Source of the DNA: Candidatus Moraniibacteriota bacterium
GTDB taxonomy: Bacteria > Patescibacteriota > Minisyncoccia > Moranbacterales > DUUL01
Length of the DNA: 64,000 nucleotides
Direction: 5' to 3'
Assembly: GCA_041583775.1 (NCBI GenBank)
Contig: JBFHFF010000001.1
Location: forward strand, 94,676 to 158,675
Shown here: positions 39,870 to 47,931 of the stretch, piece after piece
Position numbering within the stretch: position 1 is the first letter of the stretch
Layout of the letters: every line of letters begins with the position of its first letter
Position numbers and translations under genes: made by a program
Notes under the pieces: model-generated
Database searches by the model: none
Seen by the model: only the letters and a program-made list of their open reading frames with translations
What the model was told of the DNA's origin: nothing

Positions 39870-39894
39870 AAACTGCCTTCATAGGCAGTTTTTT
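39870..39894 (+). terminator. intrinsic terminator
   Basis: AAACTGCCT-tcat-AGGCAGTTT followed by TTT. Confidence 0.8.
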
Positions 39895-39911
39895 GTTATC
39901 TGTTGCCAATA

Positions 39912-42900
39912 TTACTCTGTTAATTTATCAGGATCCTCATCTAATCTTCGTCCGATTTGTTTGATTTTGTCAACATAATCAATTTCCGTAATTACATGCG
40001 CAACTTCATCAAGTGTAGTTTCACCTCTTAGAATGTGCAATATTCCGTCTTGTCCCATTGTCAGCATTCCCTCTTCAATGGCTTTTTCTCTAATTTCAAT
40101 TGTAATTGGGTTTGTTGTTAAAAATTTCTGCATATTCCTACCGACTTCCAATACCTCCGTAATCGCAACTCTTCCTTTAAAGCCAAGATTGTGACATTTA
40201 TCACAGCCAATTGGCTCAAAAACTTTATTCGCCGTTTTAGGGATATCAACTTCTATTTTTGAAGAGATACTATCCAAAACCTCCTCTATAATTCTTTTCT
40301 CCTCAGGTTTCATATCTCGCTCCCTCTTACAATGAGGACAAAGCGTTCTAACTAATCTTTGCGCAACAAAACAATTAGTTCCCGAGGAAAGATCTGACAT
40401 AGAAACACCCATATTCAACAACCTTTGCACCGAACCAGCAGCACTATTAGTGTGTAATGTTGTTAAAATCAAGTGACCTGTTAAAGCAACTTTGTAAGCG
40501 GCGTTGGCACTTTCAGAATCTCTTATCTCTCCTACCATTATAATATCAGGATCCTGTCTTAAGATAACCCTCATAGCGCTCGAAAAAGTATATCCGTCAT
40601 CTTCTTTCACTTGTGTCTGTAAAATTCCTTCCATTTGATATTCAATTGGATCTTCTATTGTTATAACTTTGAGCTTTGGATCTTTAAGATAATTCAAAAG
40701 ACTATACAAAGTGGTTGTTTTACCACTGCCGGTTGGTCCTGTGTCCATAATAATCCCATTTGGCTTTGCAACATTTCTAAGTATCTTCTCAAGATTATAA
40801 GGATTCATATTTAACTCGGCTAATTCTGTCACCTGAACACTTTGACTCAAGAGCCTCATAACAATAACATCCCCAAAACCACCTAAGATTACAGATACTC
40901 TAACATCTATTGATTCCTCCCCTGACTCCCTTTCTTTATTTGAATAAACAATTTTAAACCTTCCATCTATCACCCCTTCTCTCTTGCCTGTCTTTACTCC
41001 CATTAGATTTTTAATCTCATTTAAAACAGTAAGATAATCATTCATTGATAGAAGAGCAACATCATGCAAAACTCCATCAATTCGATATCTGATTTTAAAT
41101 TTTTTCAATCCAGGCTCTACATGAATATCACCAGCACCTGTATACACAGCTCCAATCAAAACATATCTCACCAATTCCTTCGGGGGGAGGGTAGAAAATA
41201 ATTCTTCAAATTCTTCGTAATTGTCTTTCACTTTCAACATTTCCTCCAAGACATCATCTTTGATGAAAATTCCACGCGCCAAAGATTGAACAACTATTTT
41301 TTCATATAAATCAATTAGATATTCTCCTTTTCCAACAACGCGTTGCAATTCTTCAATCGAAGTGACTCCGGAAACTGACTTCAAAATTCCATCCTGTTCC
41401 AGAGTAATCATTCCGTTCTCTAGCGCTGCACTCCTAATTTCATCCTCTGGAGCCATTTTTTCAATCGCTTCCTTAATTTCATCTGTAATAACAAGTATCT
41501 CAAAAATACCAACGCGCCCTTTATAGCCAAGTCCATGACATTTAGCACAACCCTTTGGCTTCCAAAGTTTATCAATGTGCTTAGGAATCGAAATATCTGC
41601 CTTAGGAGAAATAAGCGCAAGCATTTTTTTTATCATATCAATAGTTTCGCTTGCTGGTACATATTCTTCCTTACAATGTGGACATAGACGCCTCAAAAGA
41701 CGCTGGGCAACAAAAGCATTTACTGCGGGCGCAATCAGGTTGGGCTTAACTCCAAGATCAACAAATCGTCCAATTACACCACTAGCACTATTTGCATGTG
41801 TTGTTGAAAGCACTAAATGTCCAGTCAAAGATGCGTGAATAGCAATCTCTGCAGTAGATTCATCTCTAATTTCTCCAACCAAAATTATATCTGGATCTTG
41901 ACGCATAATCGCTCTTAATCCATTTTCAAAAGTATACCCTTTTGAATCTTCAACTTGTGTCTGACTTACGCCAGGAACTTGATACTCAATTGGGTTTTCA
42001 ATACTAATAATTTTTTTATCAACAGAATTTAAACGGTTTATTAGAGCATAAAGAGTTGTAGTCTTTCCACTTCCCGTCGGTCCTGAGTTAATTATTGCAC
42101 CTTGTTTTTTCTCTGACTCATTTACAAGCCATTCATAGTTTAAACCTTCTAGTCCCATCTTACTTAAAGACAAATCGTTGATACTTTGACTAAGTAAACG
42201 GACTACAATGTTTTCACCAAAATTTCCTGGCAAAACTGAAACACGAAGATCCATCGCTGACTGACCCTCTCTTTCAACAGAAAAACGACCGTCTTGAGCA
42301 ATGTCACGCACATTTATCATCATTTTCGAAAGAACCTTTACCCTCGAAACAATCGTTGGATATATATGTATCGGAAATGATGCAACTGTCTGAAGAACGC
42401 CATCAATACGAAACCTTAAACGAACTTTTCCTGTCTGTTGAGGTTCGAAATGGATATCCGAAGATTGCAATTTAATTGCACCAGCAAGAATCATATTCAA
42501 AACCTTGGTTACTGGAAGATCTCGAATTTTTCTATCCATATCCAAAACTCCTTTTGTTTCATCCTCAAAAGCTGCTAATTCCTCCCCTGTCAAACCAGCT
42601 CTTAGTGTATCAAGAATTACACTCAGATTCTCCTTTTCATATTCTTGCCAAGCTCTTTCTATTGAAGACTGTGACACCACAAAAAGCTCAACCCTCATCC
42701 CATCATCCTCTAAATCAGTAATAAAATCTCTAACTTTTCCACTTTCAGGATTAGTGGTAACTATCTTAATTGATCTTTCTAATTTATGAACGACTGCAAT
42801 TCCCAAATTTTTTGCTGTTTCCTTATCAATAAATTTAACATTTTCTTGATCAATTGGAAAAATGTTTAAATCTAAGTAAGGAAGATGCATATCCTTTGCA

Positions 42901-43220
42901 AGTTTCGAAGCCTCTTCTTCCTCAGAATCCCTCCTTAAGTGGGTTAATGTTTTCTGAACTCCTCCTCTTCTAGCAAAATTAATAGCCTCTTTGTTCTTTT
43001 TCTTCAACTCAAGCAATCTAGCTCTTTCTTTTTCATTCTCTAATTCTCTTTCTATTCGTCTTTTTTCACGAGCCTCTAAATAGCGCTGTTCCCTTTCTTC
43101 TGGAGATTCGTCTTCTTCATAAACAACTCTTTCCACATCTTTATCTGCATTTGTTTTAACAGTTTGCGAGCTATCATCCACAACAGCATCTCCTTGATTT
43201 TGTTTTTCTTCTTCACTCAT
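39912..43220 (-). CDS. pilB: tandem-duplicated GspE/PilB pilus assembly ATPase
   Basis: two full sets of DIH.EP, GPTGSGKTTTLY, DPDII.VGEIRD, TGHL..T.H and CPHC..GC.KC. Confidence 0.9.
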   Translation of the reverse strand: MSEEEKQNQGDAVVDDSSQTVKTNADKDVERVVYEEDESPEEREQRYLEAREKRRIERELENEKERARLLELKKKNKEAINFARRGGVQKTLTHLRRDSEEEEASKLAKDMHLPYLDLNIFPIDQENVKFIDKETAKNLGIAVVHKLERSIKIVTTNPESGKVRDFITDLEDDGMRVELFVVSQSSIERAWQEYEKENLSVILDTLRAGLTGEELAAFEDETKGVLDMDRKIRDLPVTKVLNMILAGAIKLQSSDIHFEPQQTGKVRLRFRIDGVLQTVASFPIHIYPTIVSRVKVLSKMMINVRDIAQDGRFSVEREGQSAMDLRVSVLPGNFGENIVVRLLSQSINDLSLSKMGLEGLNYEWLVNESEKKQGAIINSGPTGSGKTTTLYALINRLNSVDKKIISIENPIEYQVPGVSQTQVEDSKGYTFENGLRAIMRQDPDIILVGEIRDESTAEIAIHASLTGHLVLSTTHANSASGVIGRFVDLGVKPNLIAPAVNAFVAQRLLRRLCPHCKEEYVPASETIDMIKKMLALISPKADISIPKHIDKLWKPKGCAKCHGLGYKGRVGIFEILVITDEIKEAIEKMAPEDEIRSAALENGMITLEQDGILKSVSGVTSIEELQRVVGKGEYLIDLYEKIVVQSLARGIFIKDDVLEEMLKVKDNYEEFEELFSTLPPKELVRYVLIGAVYTGAGDIHVEPGLKKFKIRYRIDGVLHDVALLSMNDYLTVLNEIKNLMGVKTGKREGVIDGRFKIVYSNKERESGEESIDVRVSVILGGFGDVIVMRLLSQSVQVTELAELNMNPYNLEKILRNVAKPNGIIMDTGPTGSGKTTTLYSLLNYLKDPKLKVITIEDPIEYQMEGILQTQVKEDDGYTFSSAMRVILRQDPDIIMVGEIRDSESANAAYKVALTGHLILTTLHTNSAAGSVQRLLNMGVSMSDLSSGTNCFVAQRLVRTLCPHCKRERDMKPEEKRIIEEVLDSISSKIEVDIPKTANKVFEPIGCDKCHNLGFKGRVAITEVLEVGRNMQKFLTTNPITIEIREKAIEEGMLTMGQDGILHILRGETTLDEVAHVITEIDYVDKIKQIGRRLDEDPDKLTE

Positions 43221-43334
43221 AGCTATATAATTTTTGTTTTAAGTATTTCTAATTGTTTTTATTATAGCACACACAGGAAAGCTTGCATAAACAAACTATT
43301 CAAAACTTGGTCTCTTTCCTTTAAAAATAACGAC

Positions 43335-44234
43335 CTATTTCTCAAAGATTCTATCTCTTAAATTTCTCCACTCTTGAATTGATAAATTTTGCGCCCTGAC
43401 ATTTTCATTCCAACCAAAATCATTGAAAATATCGATTATTTCATTCTTATCTTTCTTTAAACCAATGACAAGATTGTTGAGCAACTTTTTTCGTGGACTC
43501 GAAAAACCACTTTTCACAACTTGAAAAAATTCTTTTTCTAATTTTTTTGACTCTCTTTTTTTTGAACCAAAAGGCTTTGCAAAAATAATAGCTGAATCAA
43601 CTTTTGGCGATGGATAAAAAGCGGTCTTTGGAACAATATCAACCAATTCAACTTTACAATAATATTGAACTGAAACAGCAAGTATATTCATTGCCCCAAT
43701 TTCACAAGTAACCCTCTTGGCAACTTCTTTTTGGATTAAAAGCACAATCAGTTTAGGTTGAATTTCCGTCTCCAAAAGTAAACGAAAAATCTTACCTGTT
43801 ATATAATAAGGGATATTTGCAACCACCTTATAATCACAAAAATTGTTCTCTTTTAAAAATTCTGGCAAATTAATTTCCAGAAAATCTCTCTCCACAATTT
43901 TGAGACTTTCCCTTTTTTTATTTCCGCCATTTGAAAAATATTTTTCATTCAAAAATTTGACCATTCTTTGGTCTTTTTCAATGCAAATTACTTTTTTTGG
44001 TATTTTAATAAGCTGGTCGGTCAACAACCCAGTTCCTGGTCCAATCTCTAAAACATTATCTTGTATTTCTAGGTTTGCTGCGTTGACAATCATATCAAGA
44101 AATTTCTCATCATTTAAAAAATTTTGTCCTAGAGATTTCTTAGCACAAGGTGAGTTTTTGAAATTATTATTCACCCCACTTTCGCTTCTAAATTGCCTTC
44201 TTTTTTCTTTCCTAGTTATCATTTTTAAAGCCAT
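43335..44234 (-). CDS. rsmA: 16S rRNA m6,2A dimethyltransferase
   Basis: KKSLGQNFL, LEIGPGTG, VANIPYYIT, FYPSPKVDS. Confidence 0.96.
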   Translation of the reverse strand: MALKMITRKEKRRQFRSESGVNNNFKNSPCAKKSLGQNFLNDEKFLDMIVNAANLEIQDNVLEIGPGTGLLTDQLIKIPKKVICIEKDQRMVKFLNEKYFSNGGNKKRESLKIVERDFLEINLPEFLKENNFCDYKVVANIPYYITGKIFRLLLETEIQPKLIVLLIQKEVAKRVTCEIGAMNILAVSVQYYCKVELVDIVPKTAFYPSPKVDSAIIFAKPFGSKKRESKKLEKEFFQVVKSGFSSPRKKLLNNLVIGLKKDKNEIIDIFNDFGWNENVRAQNLSIQEWRNLRDRIFEK

Positions 44235-44248
44235 TAGATTTTTAATTT

Positions 44249-45202
44249 CTATTGCAAAATTTCCTCTACTTTCACATTTACAAGTCCTTTCCCTAGTGAA
44301 GCTATTTTTTCAAAAGCCACCGCTTCCAAGTCAATTCTTCTTCCAGTTGATAGTGCTGGCCCAAAATCCTTCACTTCTACAATTACTTGTTTTCCGTTTT
44401 CATTATTAGTCACACGAAGCCAAGTTCCTCTCGGAAAAATTCTAGAGGCACAGGTCAATTTCCCAGTATAACGATACCAACTTGCAACACCAGTTTTTAC
44501 CTTCCCTACACTGATTTTACTTCCAATTGTAACAATTTTTGCAATTGGCTTCTTTATCGTTTCTGAAGAAATAACTTCTTTAGAAATTTCCTTTCCATTT
44601 TTATAGGTAATCTTATACTCAATTATTTTCTCCCCTTTTTCGCCTTCTTGCTCAATCTCCTGTTTTCTCCATTGTAATTTTGGATCATCTTTTTCAATTA
44701 CCTCAAAATCAATCTCCTTTTTAACAGCAACATTTTCCACATTAATTCGTGTCACCACAATCTTATCTCCTCCATTAATAATCCCTTTTCTAGTTGGCTC
44801 AACTTTATCTAAATGACCAAGCTCAACGCCAGCATCGGCAAGTGCTTGCTCAACCGTCTTTCTAAATGTATTATGCTCTATTACTTTTCCGTCAACATCA
44901 ATCTCAAACCTTTTGTTTCGCCAAATCTCTATCGTCATTCCTGGTAAAAGTTTTTCTTGTTTTTCAGGATAAACCAAATCCTCTTCACCTAGATTGATTT
45001 GATGTTTTTCAATAAACTCTCCTACACTTTTAGCGTCGGAATTTATTTGATAAACCAAACTCTCATCTTGTAAGATTATTGCATTTTTATCCTCAAAAAC
45101 CAATTGTCTCTTTTCACTGAATAAAGCCTCCGATCCTTTCCAAATCAGCAACCCCGCTAGAACCAAAACAACAACTATTATTGATCTTTTGTTTTTCATC
45201 AA
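44249..45202 (-). CDS. YabE/RpfB-architecture protein: DUF348 repeats, G5 domain and RlpA-like DPBB domain
   Basis: TM; TVEQALADAGVELG..D.V.P; QEGEKG..Y.NGKE; GVASWY..VIVEVKDFGP..RRIDL..AF. Confidence 0.8.
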   Translation of the reverse strand: MMKNKRSIIVVVLVLAGLLIWKGSEALFSEKRQLVFEDKNAIILQDESLVYQINSDAKSVGEFIEKHQINLGEEDLVYPEKQEKLLPGMTIEIWRNKRFEIDVDGKVIEHNTFRKTVEQALADAGVELGHLDKVEPTRKGIINGGDKIVVTRINVENVAVKKEIDFEVIEKDDPKLQWRKQEIEQEGEKGEKIIEYKITYKNGKEISKEVISSETIKKPIAKIVTIGSKISVGKVKTGVASWYRYTGKLTCASRIFPRGTWLRVTNNENGKQVIVEVKDFGPALSTGRRIDLEAVAFEKIASLGKGLVNVKVEEILQ

Positions 45203-45324
45203 TAAGAGTATATCATATCTAAAAACTAAAAAACAATGGTTTTGAGGTTATTTTCAGAACATTTTTGAACATCTTTTTTGACAATAAAAAGCTTTTTATT
45301 GGAGCACTTTTATTACGAAAATGC

Positions 45325-45353
45325 TTGACAAACTGATTAAAATATGCTATATT
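45325..45353 (+). promoter_or_regulatory. sigma70 promoter of the first GGDEF gene
   Basis: TTGACA-17 nt-TATATT, extended -10. Confidence 0.7.
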
Positions 45354-45432
45354 AGAAAGTATATCAGTACCTATCATTGTCCCTATGTAAAGTCAATAAC
45401 CCATCTTATACAATAGACGAAAGGAGTTACAC

Positions 45433-46119
45433 ATGACAAATCCCAAAGATAAAGATTTAGAAAAAAAGATTTTAAAACAAGAATTAGCCGAGACAAACAA
45501 AAGACTATTGGCAACACTTGATTATGTTGTAACACTGGAGGAGAGGTGCGCCAGCTGGAAAAAAATAGCAAGAAAATTCCAGGAGATGGCGTTGATAGAC
45601 GGATTAACAGAGGTGCCAAATCGAAGATTCTTCGATATAACATTCGATGAAATCTTCCAGAAAAGGCTTGCTGGGACAGAAAAAATTGCAAGAAAAAGAA
45701 GCAGTGACAAAAATCAAGGACCACTAACATTACTGTTAGTAGATATAGATTTCTTCAAGCCGTATAATGATGTCTCTGGTCATCCAGCTGGAGACAAGGC
45801 TCTTCGTCAGGTAGCCTCAGCAATGAAGAGTTCTTTACGAAGCAATGACTTCTTAGCTAGATACGGCGGAGAAGAATTTGTCGTAATTCTTCCCAATACA
45901 AGCCATACTGAAGCTCAACTTGTGGCAGAGAGAGCAAGGAAAGCTGTCGAAAATCTTGGAATCCCACACCCGGGCTCTGGGACAAGCGAAGTTGTAACTG
46001 TCAGCATTGGGTTGGCCGCTCTCTCGGGAGAACTCTCCCCAGAAGAATTTCTGGAGGCGGCCGACAAAGCCTTATACAATGCCAAGAGGAAAGGGAGGAA
46101 TTGCGTTTATTACGATTAA
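45433..46119 (+). CDS. diguanylate cyclase (coiled coil plus GGDEF domain)
   Basis: DGLTEVPNRR, DIDFFKPYND..GHPAGD, RSND I-site, RYGGEEF, ADKALYNAK..GRN; AAGGAG SD. Confidence 0.95.
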   Translation: MTNPKDKDLEKKILKQELAETNKRLLATLDYVVTLEERCASWKKIARKFQEMALIDGLTEVPNRRFFDITFDEIFQKRLAGTEKIARKRSSDKNQGPLTLLLVDIDFFKPYNDVSGHPAGDKALRQVASAMKSSLRSNDFLARYGGEEFVVILPNTSHTEAQLVAERARKAVENLGIPHPGSGTSEVVTVSIGLAALSGELSPEEFLEAADKALYNAKRKGRNCVYYD

Positions 46120-46126
46120 ACCAGGA

Positions 46127-46168
46127 AGGCACTGGACTCAAAAATGAGTCCAGTGCCTCTTTATTTTT
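46127..46168 (+). terminator. intrinsic terminator
   Basis: AGGCACTGGACTCA-aaaa-TGAGTCCAGTGCCT plus T-rich tail. Confidence 0.85.
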
Positions 46169-46234
46169 ATTTATCTTTTTTTATAAAATAAAAATAAATT
46201 AAATTCATCATTATAAACCAGAGCCCTTAAATCA

Positions 46235-46263
46235 TTGACAAACACAATAAAATATGCCATATT
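46235..46263 (+). promoter_or_regulatory. sigma70 promoter of the second GGDEF gene
   Basis: TTGACA-17 nt-CATATT; near copy of the promoter at 45325. Confidence 0.7.
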
Positions 46264-46338
46264 CTCAAACATACTAGTACTTTATTACAAGTAAATGATT
46301 TTATAAATCACATATAAATACGCACTCGGAGGTAGCTT

Positions 46339-46995
46339 ATGCAAGAATTAGAGCAATTGAAAGAAATTTTTTACCAAAAAAAAGTTTCTGACGAAACAGT
46401 ATCATATGTAAAAGCGCTTGAAAAAGCATTGCAGATGGCTGTTGCTAGAACAAAAAGATTGGAAGAAGACAAAAAAAAATTACTAACAAGTTTTAGTTCT
46501 TTCAGAGTAACAACCCCTTTTGATTTAATATCTGGGGCTCACACTGCTACTTTCTTTGAAGATGAAATAAAGAAAAGAGTATTGGAAAGCAAGGAGAGTA
46601 AAAGCCCCTTATCTCTAATCATCATTGAAGTGAATCGCTTCAGGGACTACTGGAATACTTCCAAATTTTCAGAGGGAGATTCACTGTTATACGAAGTTGC
46701 TTCTAATCTACAAGGCTTCTTAGGGCCCACAAGCTCACTCTCAAAAACAGATAATGGGCAGTTCTCTGTTTTGATTCCCAAAACAAAAAAGGAAGCTATA
46801 AACTTAGCATTAGGGCTTCAAAAAAGCCTTACATCTCTCAAGATTCCACACTGCGGCAACACAGAGACAATTTTTACTTTCGGTGTTGCCACATTGGGAA
46901 CACAAGAATCTGTAAAAGCTTTTTTGATCCGGAGCAAAAGGTATTTGCGATTGTCTAAAAAAGAAAACTGTTATATGTATTGTGGTGGCGATTAA
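46339..46995 (+). CDS. degenerate GGDEF-domain protein
   Basis: DLISGAH, PLSLIIIEVNRFRDY, EGDSLLYEVA, KTDNGQF in place of RYGGEEF, L.IPH..TFGVA; GGAGG SD. Confidence 0.8.
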   Translation: MQELEQLKEIFYQKKVSDETVSYVKALEKALQMAVARTKRLEEDKKKLLTSFSSFRVTTPFDLISGAHTATFFEDEIKKRVLESKESKSPLSLIIIEVNRFRDYWNTSKFSEGDSLLYEVASNLQGFLGPTSSLSKTDNGQFSVLIPKTKKEAINLALGLQKSLTSLKIPHCGNTETIFTFGVATLGTQESVKAFLIRSKRYLRLSKKENCYMYCGGD

Positions 46996-47002
46996 TGCCA
47001 CT

Positions 47003-47092
47003 AGACCACCGAACTCAAAACTAGAATTCGGTGGTCTTTTTTGTTTCTACAAATTCAAAAGGACCAGTGAAATTCTACTCTGGTCCTTTTTT
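47003..47092. terminator. two back-to-back terminators
   Basis: AGACCACCGAA..TTCGGTGGTCT plus T run (47003-47042); AAAAGGACCAG..CTGGTCCTTTT (47057-47090). Confidence 0.8.
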
Positions 47093-47115
47093 AAGATTTA
47101 AGAGATGGATATCTC

Positions 47116-47796
47116 TTATTTTTTTTCCTCCATTACTAATTGAGGTTGAGGCTTTCTATTTCTGGTAAATTTAGACACCAAGGACAAAACAGCCAATCCT
47201 GCAACAATAAAAAGTATATAATTTGCGATATTTGGAATGTTGACTTTTTGTTTCAGTAAGAAACAATATATCACCAAAACAGATAAAAGAAATGTTTTAA
47301 TCTTCCCAAAACTATTTGCGGCAGTTGCGAAGCTCAATCCAATTTTACGAACAAAATTAACTGTACTTCGTAGATACTGACCTAAAAAATCTGTTATTAC
47401 ACAAACCAAAACAAGTTGCCAAAGCAAATCACCCTCAAAACCAAAATAAACCAAAGGGATTAACAGCTTAATCTTGTCAAAGAGAGGATCCAGTTTTTTG
47501 CCAAAATCCGTAACTAGTCCAGTTCCTCGAGCCACAATTCCATCTAGTAAATCAGCAAAAATGCCGAAAATAAAGAGGGAAATCCCTATATTTGGATAAT
47601 TATAAAAATACAAAACTATCCCAATAGTAGCAGTTATCCCACCCCAAATAGTGATTGCATTGGGATGTAAAAAAAACTTAAAACGCAAGATTATTTTCTT
47701 AGCTTCCTTCTTATCTTTTTCTATGGCTTTTTTAACCAAAAAAACTAACAACAAAGAAAAACTAACAACAAAAACCACTAATGCAATTTTGTTCAT
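47116..47796 (-). CDS. CDP-alcohol phosphatidyltransferase (PgsA-like)
   Basis: PNAIT; DLLDGIVAR-x7-GKKLDPLFD signature; GAGGAGG SD before ATG 47796. Confidence 0.88.
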   Translation of the reverse strand: MNKIALVVFVVSFSLLLVFLVKKAIEKDKKEAKKIILRFKFFLHPNAITIWGGITATIGIVLYFYNYPNIGISLFIFGIFADLLDGIVARGTGLVTDFGKKLDPLFDKIKLLIPLVYFGFEGDLLWQLVLVCVITDFLGQYLRSTVNFVRKIGLSFATAANSFGKIKTFLLSVLVIYCFLLKQKVNIPNIANYILFIVAGLAVLSLVSKFTRNRKPQPQLVMEEKK

Positions 47797-47931
47797 CACT
47801 ACCCTCCTCAAGGCTTTTTTGTTGAAATCAGTTTTTAATAAAAAGAAATAATAAAGTACCCACAATAAGGCTATACCAAAAAACAAGAAACTTCAATAGT
47901 CTCTTGTTTTAATGTCTTATTTTTCAGAAAA

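Noticed and set aside
45203-45432. c-di-GMP riboswitch or LexA box near the GGDEF genes
   Set aside because: No GEMM-like stem and tetraloop pattern; GAAC-N6-GAAC does not match the LexA spacings I know
20233-45730. Long antisense ORFs such as 20233-20799, 36596-37195, 43843-44409 and 45383-45730, plus the many short ones in the track
   Set aside because: They lie opposite well-supported genes and have shadow-frame composition with no recognisable motifs
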